A stretch of DNA of 64,000 bases from Acidobacteriota bacterium (GCA_040755995.1 JBFMAF010000035.1:96001-160000); one strand, 5' to 3'. Shown: positions 43,455 to 54,548, counted from the first letter of the stretch. Notes: generated by a model not told the origin, from the sequence alone. Numbers and translations are program-made.

Positions 43455-45029
43455 TCAATCCTCGTTCAGTGACATCTCGACCGCAAGCAGCTTGCCGTCG
43501 AGCCTCGGGGTCCAGCGTATCCTGTCGGAGACAGCGTACAGATTCAGACGGTCGTAGAGCGGGATCAGCGGCATCTGATCGAGGACATATTGCATGAGTC
43601 GCTCGAAGTATCTCAACCGTTCTGCCTCGTTGAAGATCCCGTCGATCTCACTGATGAGCCGGTCGACGCTCGGATCCGAGAACCCGGGATTGTAGGTCCC
43701 GTACCCCTGAGCGGCATCTCGGGTATAGAGGCAATCGCGGAGGAAGCTGGTGGCGTCGCCGTTCTCGAAACGCCAACCTGAGAGGAAGAAAGGCAGACTC
43801 GCTCCCCTCCACGCTGCAACCATGACGGGCCATTCCATCCTCTCGAGCTTGACGCGAATCCCCGCCTGGCCGAGCATCTCCCGGATGATCTCGGCCGCTC
43901 GGATGCCCCAGTCTGCCGTGCTGTGCGCCAGCGTCACGTCGAGGCCGGTGCCGTAGCCTGCCTCCTGGAGCAGGAGGCGGGCCTGTCGTAGGTCGTACGG
44001 AAGCACAGGGAGTCCGGAAACATGTCCGAAGACACCCTTCTGTACGAGCTGTGTCGCGGGCGATCCCACCGCCTTGAGCCTGGCGACCAGTGCGACTCGA
44101 TCGATGGAAAGCGAAACAGCTTGACGCACGCGCTTGTCGGCGAACGGGTTCTTGGGCTGGGCGGGCAGCTGCAGCGTGTTGAGCCAGATGTAGTTGGAAG
44201 CAAGGCCGGTTCGTGCGACCACACGGATTCCTGGAATGGCCGAGACCTCGTCTCTGAAGGCCTCCGGAAGATCCCGGAGAACGTCGAGCTTCCCCTGCCT
44301 CAGGGCATCGACGCACTTCGCATCCTGTTCCACGGGCACGAATAGAACTCTCTCTGTTGCCGGTTTACCGCCCCAGTAGTCAGGGTAGGCCTCCACTTCG
44401 AGAAACCTGCCGGGCTCCCAGCGGACAAATCTATACGGGCCGGTTCCAACGGGGCCGGCGTGGGGTTGAGCGTGCGATCGGCGAGGTTCTATCAGCACGT
44501 ACGTCAGTCGTTCGATCAGCAGCGGGTCGGGTTTCGCTGTTGCCAGCCTGAGGATCGTGTCATCGATGACATCGACCTCCTCGATGCTCCACAGTTGTCC
44601 CGACACCCTGGATGCCGGGTCGCTCTTGGCCCGATCGAGCGTGTACTTGACATCGGCCGACGTGAGCGGGCGGCCGTCGTGAAAACGCACCCCCGGCCGC
44701 ACATGTATCATCCATGTGTTGGAGCTCGGTGTGCTCCAACTGACCGCCAGCGCCGGTATCAGGCGCATGTCTTTGTCGAAAGTGGCCAGGGGCTCGAAGA
44801 TGTTGGACAGAATCGAGTTCGTCGCAGCTTCTTGAACGGCCACCGGATCCAGCGAGAGAACGTCGGACTCGTGACCGATCCGGATTGGGCTCGGCGAAGA
44901 TGCCCTGCGACAGCTGGTGAGGCCGAGGAGTACGATCACCAGCGTCAGGCACGACGTGCATCGCAGCCGTCTCCGTTCCAGACCTCGACCGCCGGTTGGT
45001 GTGACCAGGTACGTGCGCGAGCCGAGCAT
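43455..45029 (-). CDS. ABC transporter substrate-binding lipoprotein, family 5 (DppA/OppA-like)
   Basis: LTSC lipobox, SLDP, PALAVSW, GVRFHDG, GTGPYRF, VRQAVSLSIDR. Confidence 0.9.
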   Translation of the reverse strand: MLGSRTYLVTPTGGRGLERRRLRCTSCLTLVIVLLGLTSCRRASSPSPIRIGHESDVLSLDPVAVQEAATNSILSNIFEPLATFDKDMRLIPALAVSWSTPSSNTWMIHVRPGVRFHDGRPLTSADVKYTLDRAKSDPASRVSGQLWSIEEVDVIDDTILRLATAKPDPLLIERLTYVLIEPRRSHAQPHAGPVGTGPYRFVRWEPGRFLEVEAYPDYWGGKPATERVLFVPVEQDAKCVDALRQGKLDVLRDLPEAFRDEVSAIPGIRVVARTGLASNYIWLNTLQLPAQPKNPFADKRVRQAVSLSIDRVALVARLKAVGSPATQLVQKGVFGHVSGLPVLPYDLRQARLLLQEAGYGTGLDVTLAHSTADWGIRAAEIIREMLGQAGIRVKLERMEWPVMVAAWRGASLPFFLSGWRFENGDATSFLRDCLYTRDAAQGYGTYNPGFSDPSVDRLISEIDGIFNEAERLRYFERLMQYVLDQMPLIPLYDRLNLYAVSDRIRWTPRLDGKLLAVEMSLNED

Positions 45030-45100
45030 GAGGTACGTATAAGGCTCGGGACGCGGCGTGTCAAATCGGCGATCCAGCGGTCCCGCGGTGCCCCGCCACG

Positions 45101-45760
45101 CTACGGCGTTTCGACAAGCAGCTTGATCCCAGCTGCCACGTACTGTACTCCGATGCAGATCATCAACAGCCCCACGATCCTCGACATCGCCTCCATTCCC
45201 TGCGCCCCCAGCGATCGATTGATCCTCACCGAGGCCTTGAGGATCACCGCGGTCAACAGCGAGACGGTCGCAATCGCCGCCAGTGTGATCACGTAGCCGG
45301 CGATCTTCTCGTGGATCGACGTGCGCTCCGCGATGTGCGTCGAGACGCCGATGATCATGGCGATCGTGCCCGCGCCGCTGAGAGTCGGCAGCGCTAATGG
45401 GATGAACGCGTAGTCGCGCTTCCCGCTCGGCTGCGATGCCGGCGCCGACCCCTTGGGTGTCGGGAAAAGCATACCGAAGCCCAGGTAGGCGACAATGAGT
45501 CCGCCGGCTACGCGGAGCGCACCCACCGAGATCCCGAAAAACCACAGCAGGGCATCTCCCAGGAACAGGCAGAACGTCATGATGATCGCCGTGTACCACG
45601 ATGCGCGCACCGCCTGCTGTCTTCGTTCCGCGTCGCTCATATCGGAGGTCAGCGATAGCAGCAGCGGTATGGCGCCGAACGGATTGAGCATCGGGAAGAA
45701 CGAGGCAACGGCCAGGAAGTAGTACTTCACCGCCGTGAGCGCATAATCCTCAAACGTCAC
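45101..45760 (-). CDS. MarC family membrane protein
   Basis: NPFGAIP, FGISVGALRVAGG, PLALPTLSGAGTI, RIVGLL. Confidence 0.92.
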   Translation of the reverse strand: MTFEDYALTAVKYYFLAVASFFPMLNPFGAIPLLLSLTSDMSDAERRQQAVRASWYTAIIMTFCLFLGDALLWFFGISVGALRVAGGLIVAYLGFGMLFPTPKGSAPASQPSGKRDYAFIPLALPTLSGAGTIAMIIGVSTHIAERTSIHEKIAGYVITLAAIATVSLLTAVILKASVRINRSLGAQGMEAMSRIVGLLMICIGVQYVAAGIKLLVETP

Positions 45761-45776
45761 GGCTCACCTACTTAGA

Positions 45777-45825
45777 GGTTCAAGGTTCCCGGTTCAAGGT
45801 TCCCGGTTCAAGGTTCCCGGTTCCC
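45777..45825 (+). repeat. heptamer tandem repeat (GGTTCAA/GGTTCCC alternating)
   Basis: GGTTCAA GGTTCCC three times, then GGTTCCC; overlaps the OMF stop codon. Confidence 0.85.
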
Positions 45826-47242
45826 GCGTCGGTTCCGGCGTCACCGGCTGAGTCTGCGACTCGCGCGGCTGCCACCCGCCGCCGAGCGCCTTGTAGAGTT
45901 GAACGAAGTTGACCTGGCGTTCCCGTTGCGCCTGAGACAGCGAGATCTCGGCCGGGAAGAGCTCCAGCATTGCGTCGATCACTTCGAAGTAGCTTGAAAG
46001 CCCGGCCAGGTATCGCGCGTTCACCAGCCTCACGGCCTCCTGATAGGCGGCCACCTCCTCGGCTCTCCACCTCTCGGCCTCCGCGATCTTCTGGTTCGCC
46101 ACCAGATACGTCGCCACCTCGGCGAACGCGTTGTTGACCGCGCGCTCATGCGCGACCTTCGCCTCTTCCCACTGGGCCTTCGCGACTTCCTCCTGTCGCT
46201 TCAATGCCCCGCCCTGGAATATCGGCCCGAGCAACCCTGCCGAGACGGACCAGGTCTTGCCCTTGCCCAGGAGCTCCGAGAGCTCCGGGCTGACGCCTCC
46301 GAGCATGCCGGTCAGCGATACTTTCGGAAAGTAGCTCGCCACGGCGACGCCCACGTTGGCGTTGGCGGAGATCAGCGTCTGTTCGGCCTGTCGCACATCC
46401 GGCCGGCGCTCCAGCAGCGACGCCGGCAGTCCGGCCGGAATGGAGACAGGGATAGCTGCGCCGTCAGCGGGCCGGCGGGGGACCGGACCCGGCGGGCGCC
46501 CGAGCAGCAGCGAAAGCTGGTTTTCGAGCGCGGCGATCTGGCGTTCGATCTCAGGAATCTGGGCGGCGACGTCGTCGCGAGACGCTTTGGCGCGCGCTGT
46601 CTCCAGTCCCGACGCTACGCCCTGCTCCAGTCGACGCTGGAAAAGGTCGAGCGTCTCCTGGAACGCGATGTGAGTGCGACGGGCGATGTCGAGCTCGCGG
46701 TCCAGGTCGCAGAGCTGGAAGTACTCTGAGGCGACTTCCGCCACGAGCGACAGCATCACTCCGCGACGCGCCTCCTCCGTGGCCAGGTACTCCGCCCGCG
46801 CTGATTCATTGAGCCGGCGGATTCGTCCCCATACATCGATCTCCCAGGAGAGCCCGACGTCGGCCTGGTAGCTTGTTGCGGCCTCGCCTCTTGCCAAAGG
46901 CGCCACGTACTCTGACTGGCGCGACCGGGCCGCCGCTGCGGAGTAGTCGATCTGCGGAAAATACTGCGAGCGCGTGATCCCGGCGCGCGCACGCGCCTCT
47001 TCCACCCGCCACGCGGCGATCCTGGCGTCGTATCCGTTGCGGAGCGCTTCGTCGATCAGCTCGTTGAGCGTGTCGTCTCCGAAGATCTCCCACCAGGGCC
47101 TGTCGGCAAGCGACTCGGGAGAAGGGACGCCTTCGAGGCTGCGGAAGTTCGCGGGCGGCCGGACATCCGGGCGGTGGTAGTTCGGCCCCACTGCACAGCC
47201 GGCGGCGCACATGATCAGAATCACGAGTGCCAGGCGTCTCAT
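45794..47242 (-). CDS. RND efflux outer-membrane factor lipoprotein (NodT/OprM family)
   Basis: AAGCAVGPNY lipobox, WWEIFGD, WEIDVWG, LLERRPDV, LYKALGGGW. Confidence 0.95.
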   Translation of the reverse strand: MRRLALVILIMCAAGCAVGPNYHRPDVRPPANFRSLEGVPSPESLADRPWWEIFGDDTLNELIDEALRNGYDARIAAWRVEEARARAGITRSQYFPQIDYSAAAARSRQSEYVAPLARGEAATSYQADVGLSWEIDVWGRIRRLNESARAEYLATEEARRGVMLSLVAEVASEYFQLCDLDRELDIARRTHIAFQETLDLFQRRLEQGVASGLETARAKASRDDVAAQIPEIERQIAALENQLSLLLGRPPGPVPRRPADGAAIPVSIPAGLPASLLERRPDVRQAEQTLISANANVGVAVASYFPKVSLTGMLGGVSPELSELLGKGKTWSVSAGLLGPIFQGGALKRQEEVAKAQWEEAKVAHERAVNNAFAEVATYLVANQKIAEAERWRAEEVAAYQEAVRLVNARYLAGLSSYFEVIDAMLELFPAEISLSQAQRERQVNFVQLYKALGGGWQPRESQTQPVTPEPTREPGTLNREP

Positions 47243-47243
47243 C

Positions 47244-50200
47244 TCAGTGCCCTCCTTCCGCCTGGGCCGCAGGCCCGGCGGGCGCCTCCGCGGCATGGTG
47301 TTTCTTCTCGGCGCCCGAGATCCTCTCGACCACGACGAAGAGGACCGGAATGATGAAGATCGCGATCATCGTGGCCACGAGCATTCCTGAAATGACCACC
47401 GTCCCCAGGATACGGCGCGCGTGCGCGCCGGCTCCGAATGCGATCCAGAGCGGCACGCAGCCGAGGATGAAGGCGAAGGAGGTCATGAGGATCGGCCGCA
47501 AGCGGAGCTTCGCGCCCTCCAGCGCGGCATCCACCAGGCTGCGTCCCTCTTCGAACCCTGCCTTGGCGAACTCAACGATCAGGATGGCGTTCTTGGCTGC
47601 CAGCCCGATGAGCATGATGAGGCCGATCTGGGCGAAGACGTTCAGATCGAAGTTTCTGAGCCACAGCCCGAGGAACGCGCCGAACACGGCTATAGGCACC
47701 GACAGCAGGACTGAGAAGGGCAGCGACCAGCTCTCGTACAGCGCCGCGAGAATGAGGAACACGAACACGAGCGAGAGCGCGAAGATGAGCCCCGCCGTGC
47801 CCGCGGCTTTCTTCTCCTGGTACGAGAGATCCGCCCAATCGTAGCCGATCTCTTGAGGCAGGACCTCTCTGGCGACTTCCTCGAGCGCGTTCATAGCCTG
47901 ACCTGAGCTATAGCCGGGCGAGGCGTTACCGGTGATCTGCGCGGCGCGGTAGAGGTTGAAGCGGTTGGTGTACTCAGGCCCTGCGATCCTGCTGGGGAAT
48001 ACCAGGGTCGAAAGCGGCACCATATCCCCGTCGTTGTTACGGACGTAGAACGTCCCGATGTCGCTGTCGGCCACGCGGTCCTCGGCTTCGGCCTGCAGAA
48101 AGACCTTCCATTGGCGGCCGAAACGATTGAACTGGTTTATGTATAGACTGCCGAGGAAGGCTTGCAGCGTCTGGTAGACGTCGCCCACGGCGATGCCCTG
48201 TTTGAGAACCTTATCGCGGTCCACCTCCGCGTAGACCTGCGGCACAGCCGGCCGGAAAAGGCAGATCACGCCGCTGAGCTCCGGGCGCTTCTGGCAGGCT
48301 TCCAGGAACTTCTGAACGTTCTGATCGAGGAAATTCACCGACCCGCCGCTTCGATCCTGCAGCCAGAAGGAGAACCCGCCGGACTGTCCGAGCCCGGGGA
48401 TGGCAGGTGGAGGGAATGGGAATGCGCGGGCCTCCACGATCTGCTCCGCGAACTCCTGGTTGAGGCGTTTCATGATGGATGAGATCAACAGCGCGCGGCT
48501 CTTCCGTTCGTCCCACGGCTTGAGGGCCACGAAGTAGAACGCGGTGTACGTGGCCGAAGTACTGGTGAGCATGCTGTAGCCGCCGATGGTGTTGTAGTAC
48601 TCGACCCCCTGGGTCTTTTCCATGATCGACTCGATCTTCCGGCAGACCGCATCGGTGCGCTGCAGCGAGGCTCCGTCTGGCAGCTGGACGTTCACGAAGA
48701 AGTACCCGTTGTCCTCCATTGGGATGAAGCTGCTGGGCAGGATCTCGCCGAGCCCACCGGCGGCCAACAGGAAGCCCAGCAGGATTGCCAGTCCGACCAG
48801 GCTCTTGCGAATGAGGCCATGGCTGATGTCTACGTAGCGGCGAGTCATCCGCTCGAACCAGCGGTTGAATCCGCCAAAGGCCCGCCCGAAGAATCCTCGC
48901 GCTTCTTTCCGCGGCCGGAGGAGCATGGCGGAGAGCGCCGGGGAAAGGGTGAGCGCGTTGAAAGCGGAGATCAGCACCGAAATCGCGATGGTCACTGCGA
49001 ACTGTTTGTTCAGCCGCCCCTGGATCCCGCTCATGAACGCGACCGGGATGAACACGGAGGACAGGATGAGGGCGATGCCGATCACGGGTCCCGAGACCTC
49101 TTCCATGGCCTTGAACGTAGCTTCGCGGGGCGACATGCCCTGTTCGATGTGATGTTCGACCGCTTCCACCACGACGATCGCGTCATCCACGACAAGGCCG
49201 ATGGCCAGCACAAGTCCAAACAGCGACAGGGTGTTGATGGAGAATCCCAGCAACGGGAACACAGCGAACGTGCCGACGAGCGATACCGGCACGGCGATCA
49301 TCGGAATCAGCGTGGCGCGCCAGTTTTGCAAGAAGAGGAACACGACCAGCAGGACCAGCACGAGAGCCTCGAACAGCGTCGTGACGATCTCGCGGATGCC
49401 CTCGGTGACCGGAAGGGTCGTGTCGAGCGAGATAGCATAGTCGAGATCGTCCGGGAAGCGATCCTTGAGCTCCGCGATTGTCTTCTTGATCTCATCGGCC
49501 ACGGCCAGTGCATTCGACCCCGGGGCCTGGTAGACTGCGATGATGCAGGCGGGCTTGCCGTTCATGCGGGCAATGTTCGTGTAGATGAGCGCCCCGAGCT
49601 CGATGCGTGCCACGTCCTTCAGGCGTACGATCGACCCATCCGGGTTCAAGCGCACGACGATCTCCCCGAACTCCTCGGCCTTGACCAGGCGTCCCTGCGC
49701 CCGCACTGTGTAAGTGAACTCCTGGCCCGGCGGCGCCGGTTCTGCACCCACCCTCCCCGCCGGGTTCACGTTGCTCTGCTCCTTGACGGCCTTGACGAGG
49801 TCCGGGACGGTGAAGCCGAGCTTGGCGAGGCGGTCGGGTTTGACCCAGATGCGCATCGCGTAGTCGGCTGCACCGTAGTTGGTGACCTGGCCTACGCCTC
49901 TCACGCGGTAGAGGGTGTCATTGATGTTGATCGTGGCGTAGTTACCCAGAAACAGCGCGTCATGCGAGCCCTTGGGTGAGTAGAGCGAAATCAGGAGCAG
50001 CGGCAGTCCCATGGACTTCTTGACGGTGACGCCGTACTGGTTGACGTCGCTCGGCAGATTAGGTGACGCCTGCGACACCCGGTTCTGCGTATTGACCTGG
50101 TCCATGTCGACGTCCGTCTCGAGATCGAAGGTGACTCGCAGGCTCAGGGTCCCGTCGTTGGCGTTGGTGGACTGCATGTAAAGCATGTTGTCGACACCGT

Positions 50201-50408
50201 TCATCTGCTGTTCGAGCGGCGCGGCGACTGACTGCTCGATGGTGACCGCGTCGGCTCCGGTGTAAGTGGTCGACACCAGGATCTGCGGCGGCACGATGTC
50301 GGGATACTGCGCGATGGGCAGCCCGGTCATCGAGACCAGCCCGGCGATGAGGAACACGATAGAGATGACGATGGCGACGATTGGCCGGTTGATGAAGAAC
50401 TTCGCCAC
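47244..50408 (-). CDS. RND efflux permease (HAE1/AcrB family)
   Basis: FFINRPIVA, AMRIW, AIGLVVDDAIVVVE, AKNAILIVEFA, RLRPILMTS. Confidence 0.97.
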   Translation of the reverse strand: MAKFFINRPIVAIVISIVFLIAGLVSMTGLPIAQYPDIVPPQILVSTTYTGADAVTIEQSVAAPLEQQMNGVDNMLYMQSTNANDGTLSLRVTFDLETDVDMDQVNTQNRVSQASPNLPSDVNQYGVTVKKSMGLPLLLISLYSPKGSHDALFLGNYATININDTLYRVRGVGQVTNYGAADYAMRIWVKPDRLAKLGFTVPDLVKAVKEQSNVNPAGRVGAEPAPPGQEFTYTVRAQGRLVKAEEFGEIVVRLNPDGSIVRLKDVARIELGALIYTNIARMNGKPACIIAVYQAPGSNALAVADEIKKTIAELKDRFPDDLDYAISLDTTLPVTEGIREIVTTLFEALVLVLLVVFLFLQNWRATLIPMIAVPVSLVGTFAVFPLLGFSINTLSLFGLVLAIGLVVDDAIVVVEAVEHHIEQGMSPREATFKAMEEVSGPVIGIALILSSVFIPVAFMSGIQGRLNKQFAVTIAISVLISAFNALTLSPALSAMLLRPRKEARGFFGRAFGGFNRWFERMTRRYVDISHGLIRKSLVGLAILLGFLLAAGGLGEILPSSFIPMEDNGYFFVNVQLPDGASLQRTDAVCRKIESIMEKTQGVEYYNTIGGYSMLTSTSATYTAFYFVALKPWDERKSRALLISSIMKRLNQEFAEQIVEARAFPFPPPAIPGLGQSGGFSFWLQDRSGGSVNFLDQNVQKFLEACQKRPELSGVICLFRPAVPQVYAEVDRDKVLKQGIAVGDVYQTLQAFLGSLYINQFNRFGRQWKVFLQAEAEDRVADSDIGTFYVRNNDGDMVPLSTLVFPSRIAGPEYTNRFNLYRAAQITGNASPGYSSGQAMNALEEVAREVLPQEIGYDWADLSYQEKKAAGTAGLIFALSLVFVFLILAALYESWSLPFSVLLSVPIAVFGAFLGLWLRNFDLNVFAQIGLIMLIGLAAKNAILIVEFAKAGFEEGRSLVDAALEGAKLRLRPILMTSFAFILGCVPLWIAFGAGAHARRILGTVVISGMLVATMIAIFIIPVLFVVVERISGAEKKHHAAEAPAGPAAQAEGGH

Positions 50409-50412
50409 TGTC

Positions 50413-51585
50413 CTATCTCCCGGCAGCGGCCTGTTGGTTGGGCTCCTGCGCATCCGGCTCGACGGGCGCGGGCTTGGGCGAGACCTTCATCCCGGTCTTC
50501 ACCCGCTGTATGCCCTCGACCACCACCTGGTCTCCGGCATTCAGGCCTTCGTCGATGACCCACAGGCGGCCCGCCTGCTCGGCCGGCTTCACCACAACGG
50601 TCGTGGCGGTGTCGTCAGGCCCGACCACCACGATCGTATAGGCCCCCTGCAACTCCGAGACCGCGCGCTGCGGTACGAGGAGCGCGCCTTTCTTGACGTT
50701 TGTCACCGCCCGCAGCTTCGCATACTGGCCGGGTCGGAGGATGTTATTCGGGTTGGGGAACTCGGCGGCGAGCGTGATCGTCCCGGTCTTCACGTTGACC
50801 TGCCGGTCGGTTAGGATCGGCCTTCCCTTGTGCGGATAGATGGTGCCGTCTTCAAACACGAGATCCATTGGGAGATCCCGAATTTGCTTCGAACCCGTGC
50901 TGATAAGCTCGGCAATCCTCATGTATCCCTGTTCGCTGATACTGAAGTACACCTTGATGGGATCGACAGTCGAGACCGTGGTCATCAAGACCGAGCCATC
51001 GACAAGGTCGCCCACCTGTGCCTTGGCGATCCCCGCGACACCGTCGATGGGCGAGGCGACCAAGGACCAGCCCAGGTTGAGCTGGGCTTGGTCGACAGCG
51101 GCCTGCGCCGAATCCACGTCTGCTTTGGCTGACCGCTGGCGGGTCAGGGCGTCATCCAGCTCCTGCTGACTAATGGCTTTCTCTGCCGCGAGCGGCGTGT
51201 ATCGGGCCACGTCGAGATTGGCTTTGTCCAGAGAAGCCTGGGCCCGAACCAGACTGCCCTGCGCCTGTTGCAGAGCCGCCTCGAACTGCCGCGGGTCGAT
51301 CTGAAACAGCGGCTGCCCCTTGGTGACACGTCCTCCCTCGTCGTATAGCTGCTTCAGCAGGTAGCCCGCGACCTTCGGCCGTATCTCCGCGTTCACGAAT
51401 CCATCGGTCGTACCGATCCACTCGTGGTAGACCGGGACATCCTGCTGGATCACACGAGTCACGAGGACTTCGGGCGGAGGCCCCTCGGCCGCGGGCGGCT
51501 TCTTCTCGCAGCCCACCACCGCCAGGCACGCCAGGCCGACGGCCGGCACCACCACCATTCCCAGGTTGCCCCTCTTTGTCGCCAT
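50413..51585 (-). CDS. RND efflux periplasmic adaptor (AcrA family)
   Basis: VVGC lipobox, EIRPKVAGYL, LFQIDP, SPIDG, LRPGQY. Confidence 0.95.
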   Translation of the reverse strand: MATKRGNLGMVVVPAVGLACLAVVGCEKKPPAAEGPPPEVLVTRVIQQDVPVYHEWIGTTDGFVNAEIRPKVAGYLLKQLYDEGGRVTKGQPLFQIDPRQFEAALQQAQGSLVRAQASLDKANLDVARYTPLAAEKAISQQELDDALTRQRSAKADVDSAQAAVDQAQLNLGWSLVASPIDGVAGIAKAQVGDLVDGSVLMTTVSTVDPIKVYFSISEQGYMRIAELISTGSKQIRDLPMDLVFEDGTIYPHKGRPILTDRQVNVKTGTITLAAEFPNPNNILRPGQYAKLRAVTNVKKGALLVPQRAVSELQGAYTIVVVGPDDTATTVVVKPAEQAGRLWVIDEGLNAGDQVVVEGIQRVKTGMKVSPKPAPVEPDAQEPNQQAAAGR

Positions 51586-51942
51586 GGTCACAATGATCCT
51601 CCTTACCCTCCGAGCGAGGACGCCGGACCCGCGCCCTCCTGCTGTCCCCGTCTCTAAGATCTGGTTGGGGGCGATCTGCCCCGAAGAAGCTGTCGACCAG
51701 AGTCGTACGATCACCGTGCTGCCGACAATAATGCAGCGCTTACCACGCTGTCAAGGATGCTGGCGAGGTCGCGAGGCCGAGGTCGCGAGACCGGACTCAC
51801 CCGGATGCCAGTTCTGGCGCACGGTCAGGTCGCGAAATGCCATCGGGGGTATCAAGTGCACCGTTCGCGCGCGCGCTCCGGGTTCAACAGCCTCCGCGCA
51901 AACTCGATGACGTCGCCATCCAGCGACCCAGCGAGGCGTGGC

Positions 51943-51971
51943 TTGATTTTCCGGCATCCGCCCGATATAGT
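51943..51971 (+). promoter_or_regulatory. sigma70-like promoter for rpmE-prfA-prmC
   Basis: TTGATT-17 nt-TATAGT. Confidence 0.55.
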
Positions 51972-51999
51972 TATGCTTCCTTTGAAAGGGGGGTTTCGG

Positions 52000-52215
52000 T
52001 TGAAGAAGGACATTCATCCGACGTATTACGAAAACGTCACGGCTCGTTGCGCGTGTGGTGAGACTTGGGTCACGCGGTCCACCAAGCAAGAGCTGAAGCT
52101 CGAGATCTGCTCGAAGTGCCACCCGTTCTTCACCGGCCGCCAGAAGTTGATCGATACGGCAGGCCGCGTCGAACGTTTCCAGCGCAAGTACGCTCGCTCG
52201 AAGAAACCCAGCTAA
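52000..52215 (+). CDS. rpmE: 50S ribosomal protein L31 (Zn-binding type)
   Basis: TTG start; [28 protein letters not shown]. Confidence 0.96.
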   Translation: MKKDIHPTYYENVTARCACGETWVTRSTKQELKLEICSKCHPFFTGRQKLIDTAGRVERFQRKYARSKKPS

Positions 52216-52251
52216 CTGATCTCCCAGGGTCCTCACCTCTAAGGTATTCCC

Positions 52252-53346
52252 ATGTTCGACAAGCTGGCAGCGATCGAACAGAGCTACATTGAGCTGGAAC
52301 GGCAGCTGTCGGAACCTGAGGTCGTCTCCGATCAGTCGCGCTTCCAGAAGCTTGCGCGGCAGCACTCGAACATGCAGCCGGTCGTCGACAAATTCCGCGA
52401 GTACCAGCGGATCGAGCAGAAGCTCATGGAGGCGCGGGGACTGATGAGGGATAGCGACCCCGAGATGAAGGCGCTGGCGGAGGAAGAGGCGACGGAATTG
52501 GAGCGCACGCGCGATCGGTGCACGCTCGAGCTGAAGAGGCTCCTCATCCCGCGCGATCCCAACGATGAGAAGAACGTGCTGCTGGAGATTCGGGCCGGGA
52601 CCGGCGGGGACGAGGCCGCTCTGTTCGTGCAGGAGATATTCCGGATGTACTCGAAGTACGCCGAGGCCAGGCGCTGGAAGATCGAGGTGATCTCGTCGAA
52701 TCCGACCGGGATAGGCGGTTTCAAGGAGATCATCTCGATGGTCGAAGGGGCCGGCGTGTACAGCAGGCTCAAGTACGAGAGCGGCGTGCATCGCGTCCAG
52801 CGAGTGCCGGTGACGGAGGCGAGCGGGAGGATTCACACTTCCGCCGTGACCGTGGCGGTTCTGCCCGAGGCCGATGAGGTCGAGGTGCAGATCGATCCGA
52901 AGGACCTTCGGGTGGACACGTTCTGCTCGTCGGGTCCCGGCGGACAGTCCGTCAACACCACCTACTCCGCCGTTCGCATCACGCACATCCCTTCCAACAT
53001 GGTGGTTACCTGCCAGGACGAGCGGTCGTGGCAGAAGAACAAGGCGAAGGCGCTCCGGGTGCTCCGGAGCCGCCTGCATGAGCAGGCGGTGGCCGAGCAG
53101 CAGGCGTCGATCGCAGACAGCCGGCGGAAGCAGGTCGGAACGGGAGACCGGAGCGAGAAGATCAGAACCTACAACTTCCCTCAGGGCCGGGTCACCGATC
53201 ACCGGATCGGCCTCACATCCCATCGGATTCAGGAGGTCCTCGCCGGGAGCCTCGACGAGTTCGTCGACGCCCTCGCGACTCACTTCGAGGCGGAGAAACT
53301 CAAGAGCGGTGCAGCCTTCTCCGTGGACGCGATCGCCGGCAGGTAA
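52252..53346 (+). CDS. prfA: peptide chain release factor 1
   Basis: [15 protein letters not shown] (PxT), [15 protein letters not shown]. Confidence 0.97.
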   Translation: MFDKLAAIEQSYIELERQLSEPEVVSDQSRFQKLARQHSNMQPVVDKFREYQRIEQKLMEARGLMRDSDPEMKALAEEEATELERTRDRCTLELKRLLIPRDPNDEKNVLLEIRAGTGGDEAALFVQEIFRMYSKYAEARRWKIEVISSNPTGIGGFKEIISMVEGAGVYSRLKYESGVHRVQRVPVTEASGRIHTSAVTVAVLPEADEVEVQIDPKDLRVDTFCSSGPGGQSVNTTYSAVRITHIPSNMVVTCQDERSWQKNKAKALRVLRSRLHEQAVAEQQASIADSRRKQVGTGDRSEKIRTYNFPQGRVTDHRIGLTSHRIQEVLAGSLDEFVDALATHFEAEKLKSGAAFSVDAIAGR

Positions 53347-53432
53347 GGTGCCACCCGTCGCGCGGTCACCGCTGGCGCCCGCGCTGCCCGGCGCTCGCAG
53401 CCGCCTGCCGCCGGGTTGTACCGCGTGAGCGA

Positions 53433-54272
53433 ATGCGCGTAGCCGAACTAATCCGCAAGGCCGCCAGCCGGCTTCTCATCGCCGGCTGTCCGAACCCGGA
53501 ACGTGACTCTGAGCTCCTGATGATGCACGCGACGGGTTGGAGTCGCGAGAGGCTGTTCTGTAGTCTTCACGACTCGCTCCCCGAACCGGTCGTGGACGAA
53601 TTCCTCGAGCTGATGATACGCCGCGAGAATCGTGAGCCGCTCTCTTACATTGTCGGGACCAAGGAGTTCTGGGGGCTCGATTTCCATGTGATGCCCGACG
53701 TCCTGATTCCCCGCCCCGAGACGGAAATCGTAGTCGAACGGGCGATCCAGCTCGCGCCGGCCGGCGCGAGAGTCGTGGACGTCGGCACCGGCTGCGGCAA
53801 CATCGTCGTGGCGATCGGGCACGCCAGGCCCGACCTCCACCTCTTCGCCACGGACATCTCTGGCACGGCGCTGAAGGTTGCTCGTCGCAACGCCGGCAGG
53901 CACGCCGTCGACCGGCGGATCCAGTTCGTGCGGGCATCGCTGCTCGATCCGTTCGCACCAAGTACTTTCGACATGGTGCTCGCGAATCTGCCCTATGTTC
54001 CCGAAACCGAGGCGCAGATCCTGATGCCCGAGGTGCGAGACCACGAGCCGTACGTGGCGCTCTTCTCGGGCCAGGACGGCTTGAGCCTCCTCCGCTCCAT
54101 CCTGCCTCAGGCAGCATCGGTGTTGAAGCCGGCCGGAGTCATTCTTCTGGAAGTCGGCCTGGGCCAGGCAGCCGCCGTTCGGACGCTCCTCGACCCGGGC
54201 TTGTGGGACGACATCAGCTTCAGCCTCGACATGCAGAGGATCGAGCGAACGCTTTGCGCCAGGCGGCGCTGA
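53433..54272 (+). CDS. prmC: release factor glutamine methyltransferase
   Basis: EPLSYIVG, VLIPRPETE, DVGTGCG, NLPY. Confidence 0.95.
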   Translation: MRVAELIRKAASRLLIAGCPNPERDSELLMMHATGWSRERLFCSLHDSLPEPVVDEFLELMIRRENREPLSYIVGTKEFWGLDFHVMPDVLIPRPETEIVVERAIQLAPAGARVVDVGTGCGNIVVAIGHARPDLHLFATDISGTALKVARRNAGRHAVDRRIQFVRASLLDPFAPSTFDMVLANLPYVPETEAQILMPEVRDHEPYVALFSGQDGLSLLRSILPQAASVLKPAGVILLEVGLGQAAAVRTLLDPGLWDDISFSLDMQRIERTLCARRR

Positions 54273-54290
54273 CCGGCCCGATCCTTGGCA

Positions 54291-54548
54291 TCAGCTCGCC
54301 TTCTTCAGCTTGCGGGCGCTCACATTCAGATTGATGCCATCAACCTTCGGAAGTGACAATCCTTCCCGAACGCGGATCAATATCCAGTCTTCGAGCACGC
54401 TCTGCAGCCCCGCACTGCACTGGTCCAGCCTTCTGGCGTTCGCCCACACGCCCCTGCGGACAGGGATCTCACCATAGAAAGTCCCGTCATCTTCGAGGAT
54501 TTGGCAAGTCGCGTGCCTCATCGCGGCCCGGATGTAGTCGGAAGGCAT
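54291..54548 (-). CDS. HicB-family antitoxin-like protein (no adjacent hicA)
   Basis: YIRAAMRHA...EDDGTFYGEIP...GVWAN...LEDWILIR...LP. Confidence 0.8.
   Translation of the reverse strand: MPSDYIRAAMRHATCQILEDDGTFYGEIPVRRGVWANARRLDQCSAGLQSVLEDWILIRVREGLSLPKVDGINLNVSARKLKKAS

Noticed and set aside
45030..45599. N-terminal extension of the 714-aa substrate-binding ORF
   Set aside because: Overlaps marC in another frame; the lipoprotein signal indicates a start at 45029.
45777..45825. Possible CRISPR array
   Set aside because: Seven-bp units without spacers and no cas genes; the same applies to the other arrays.
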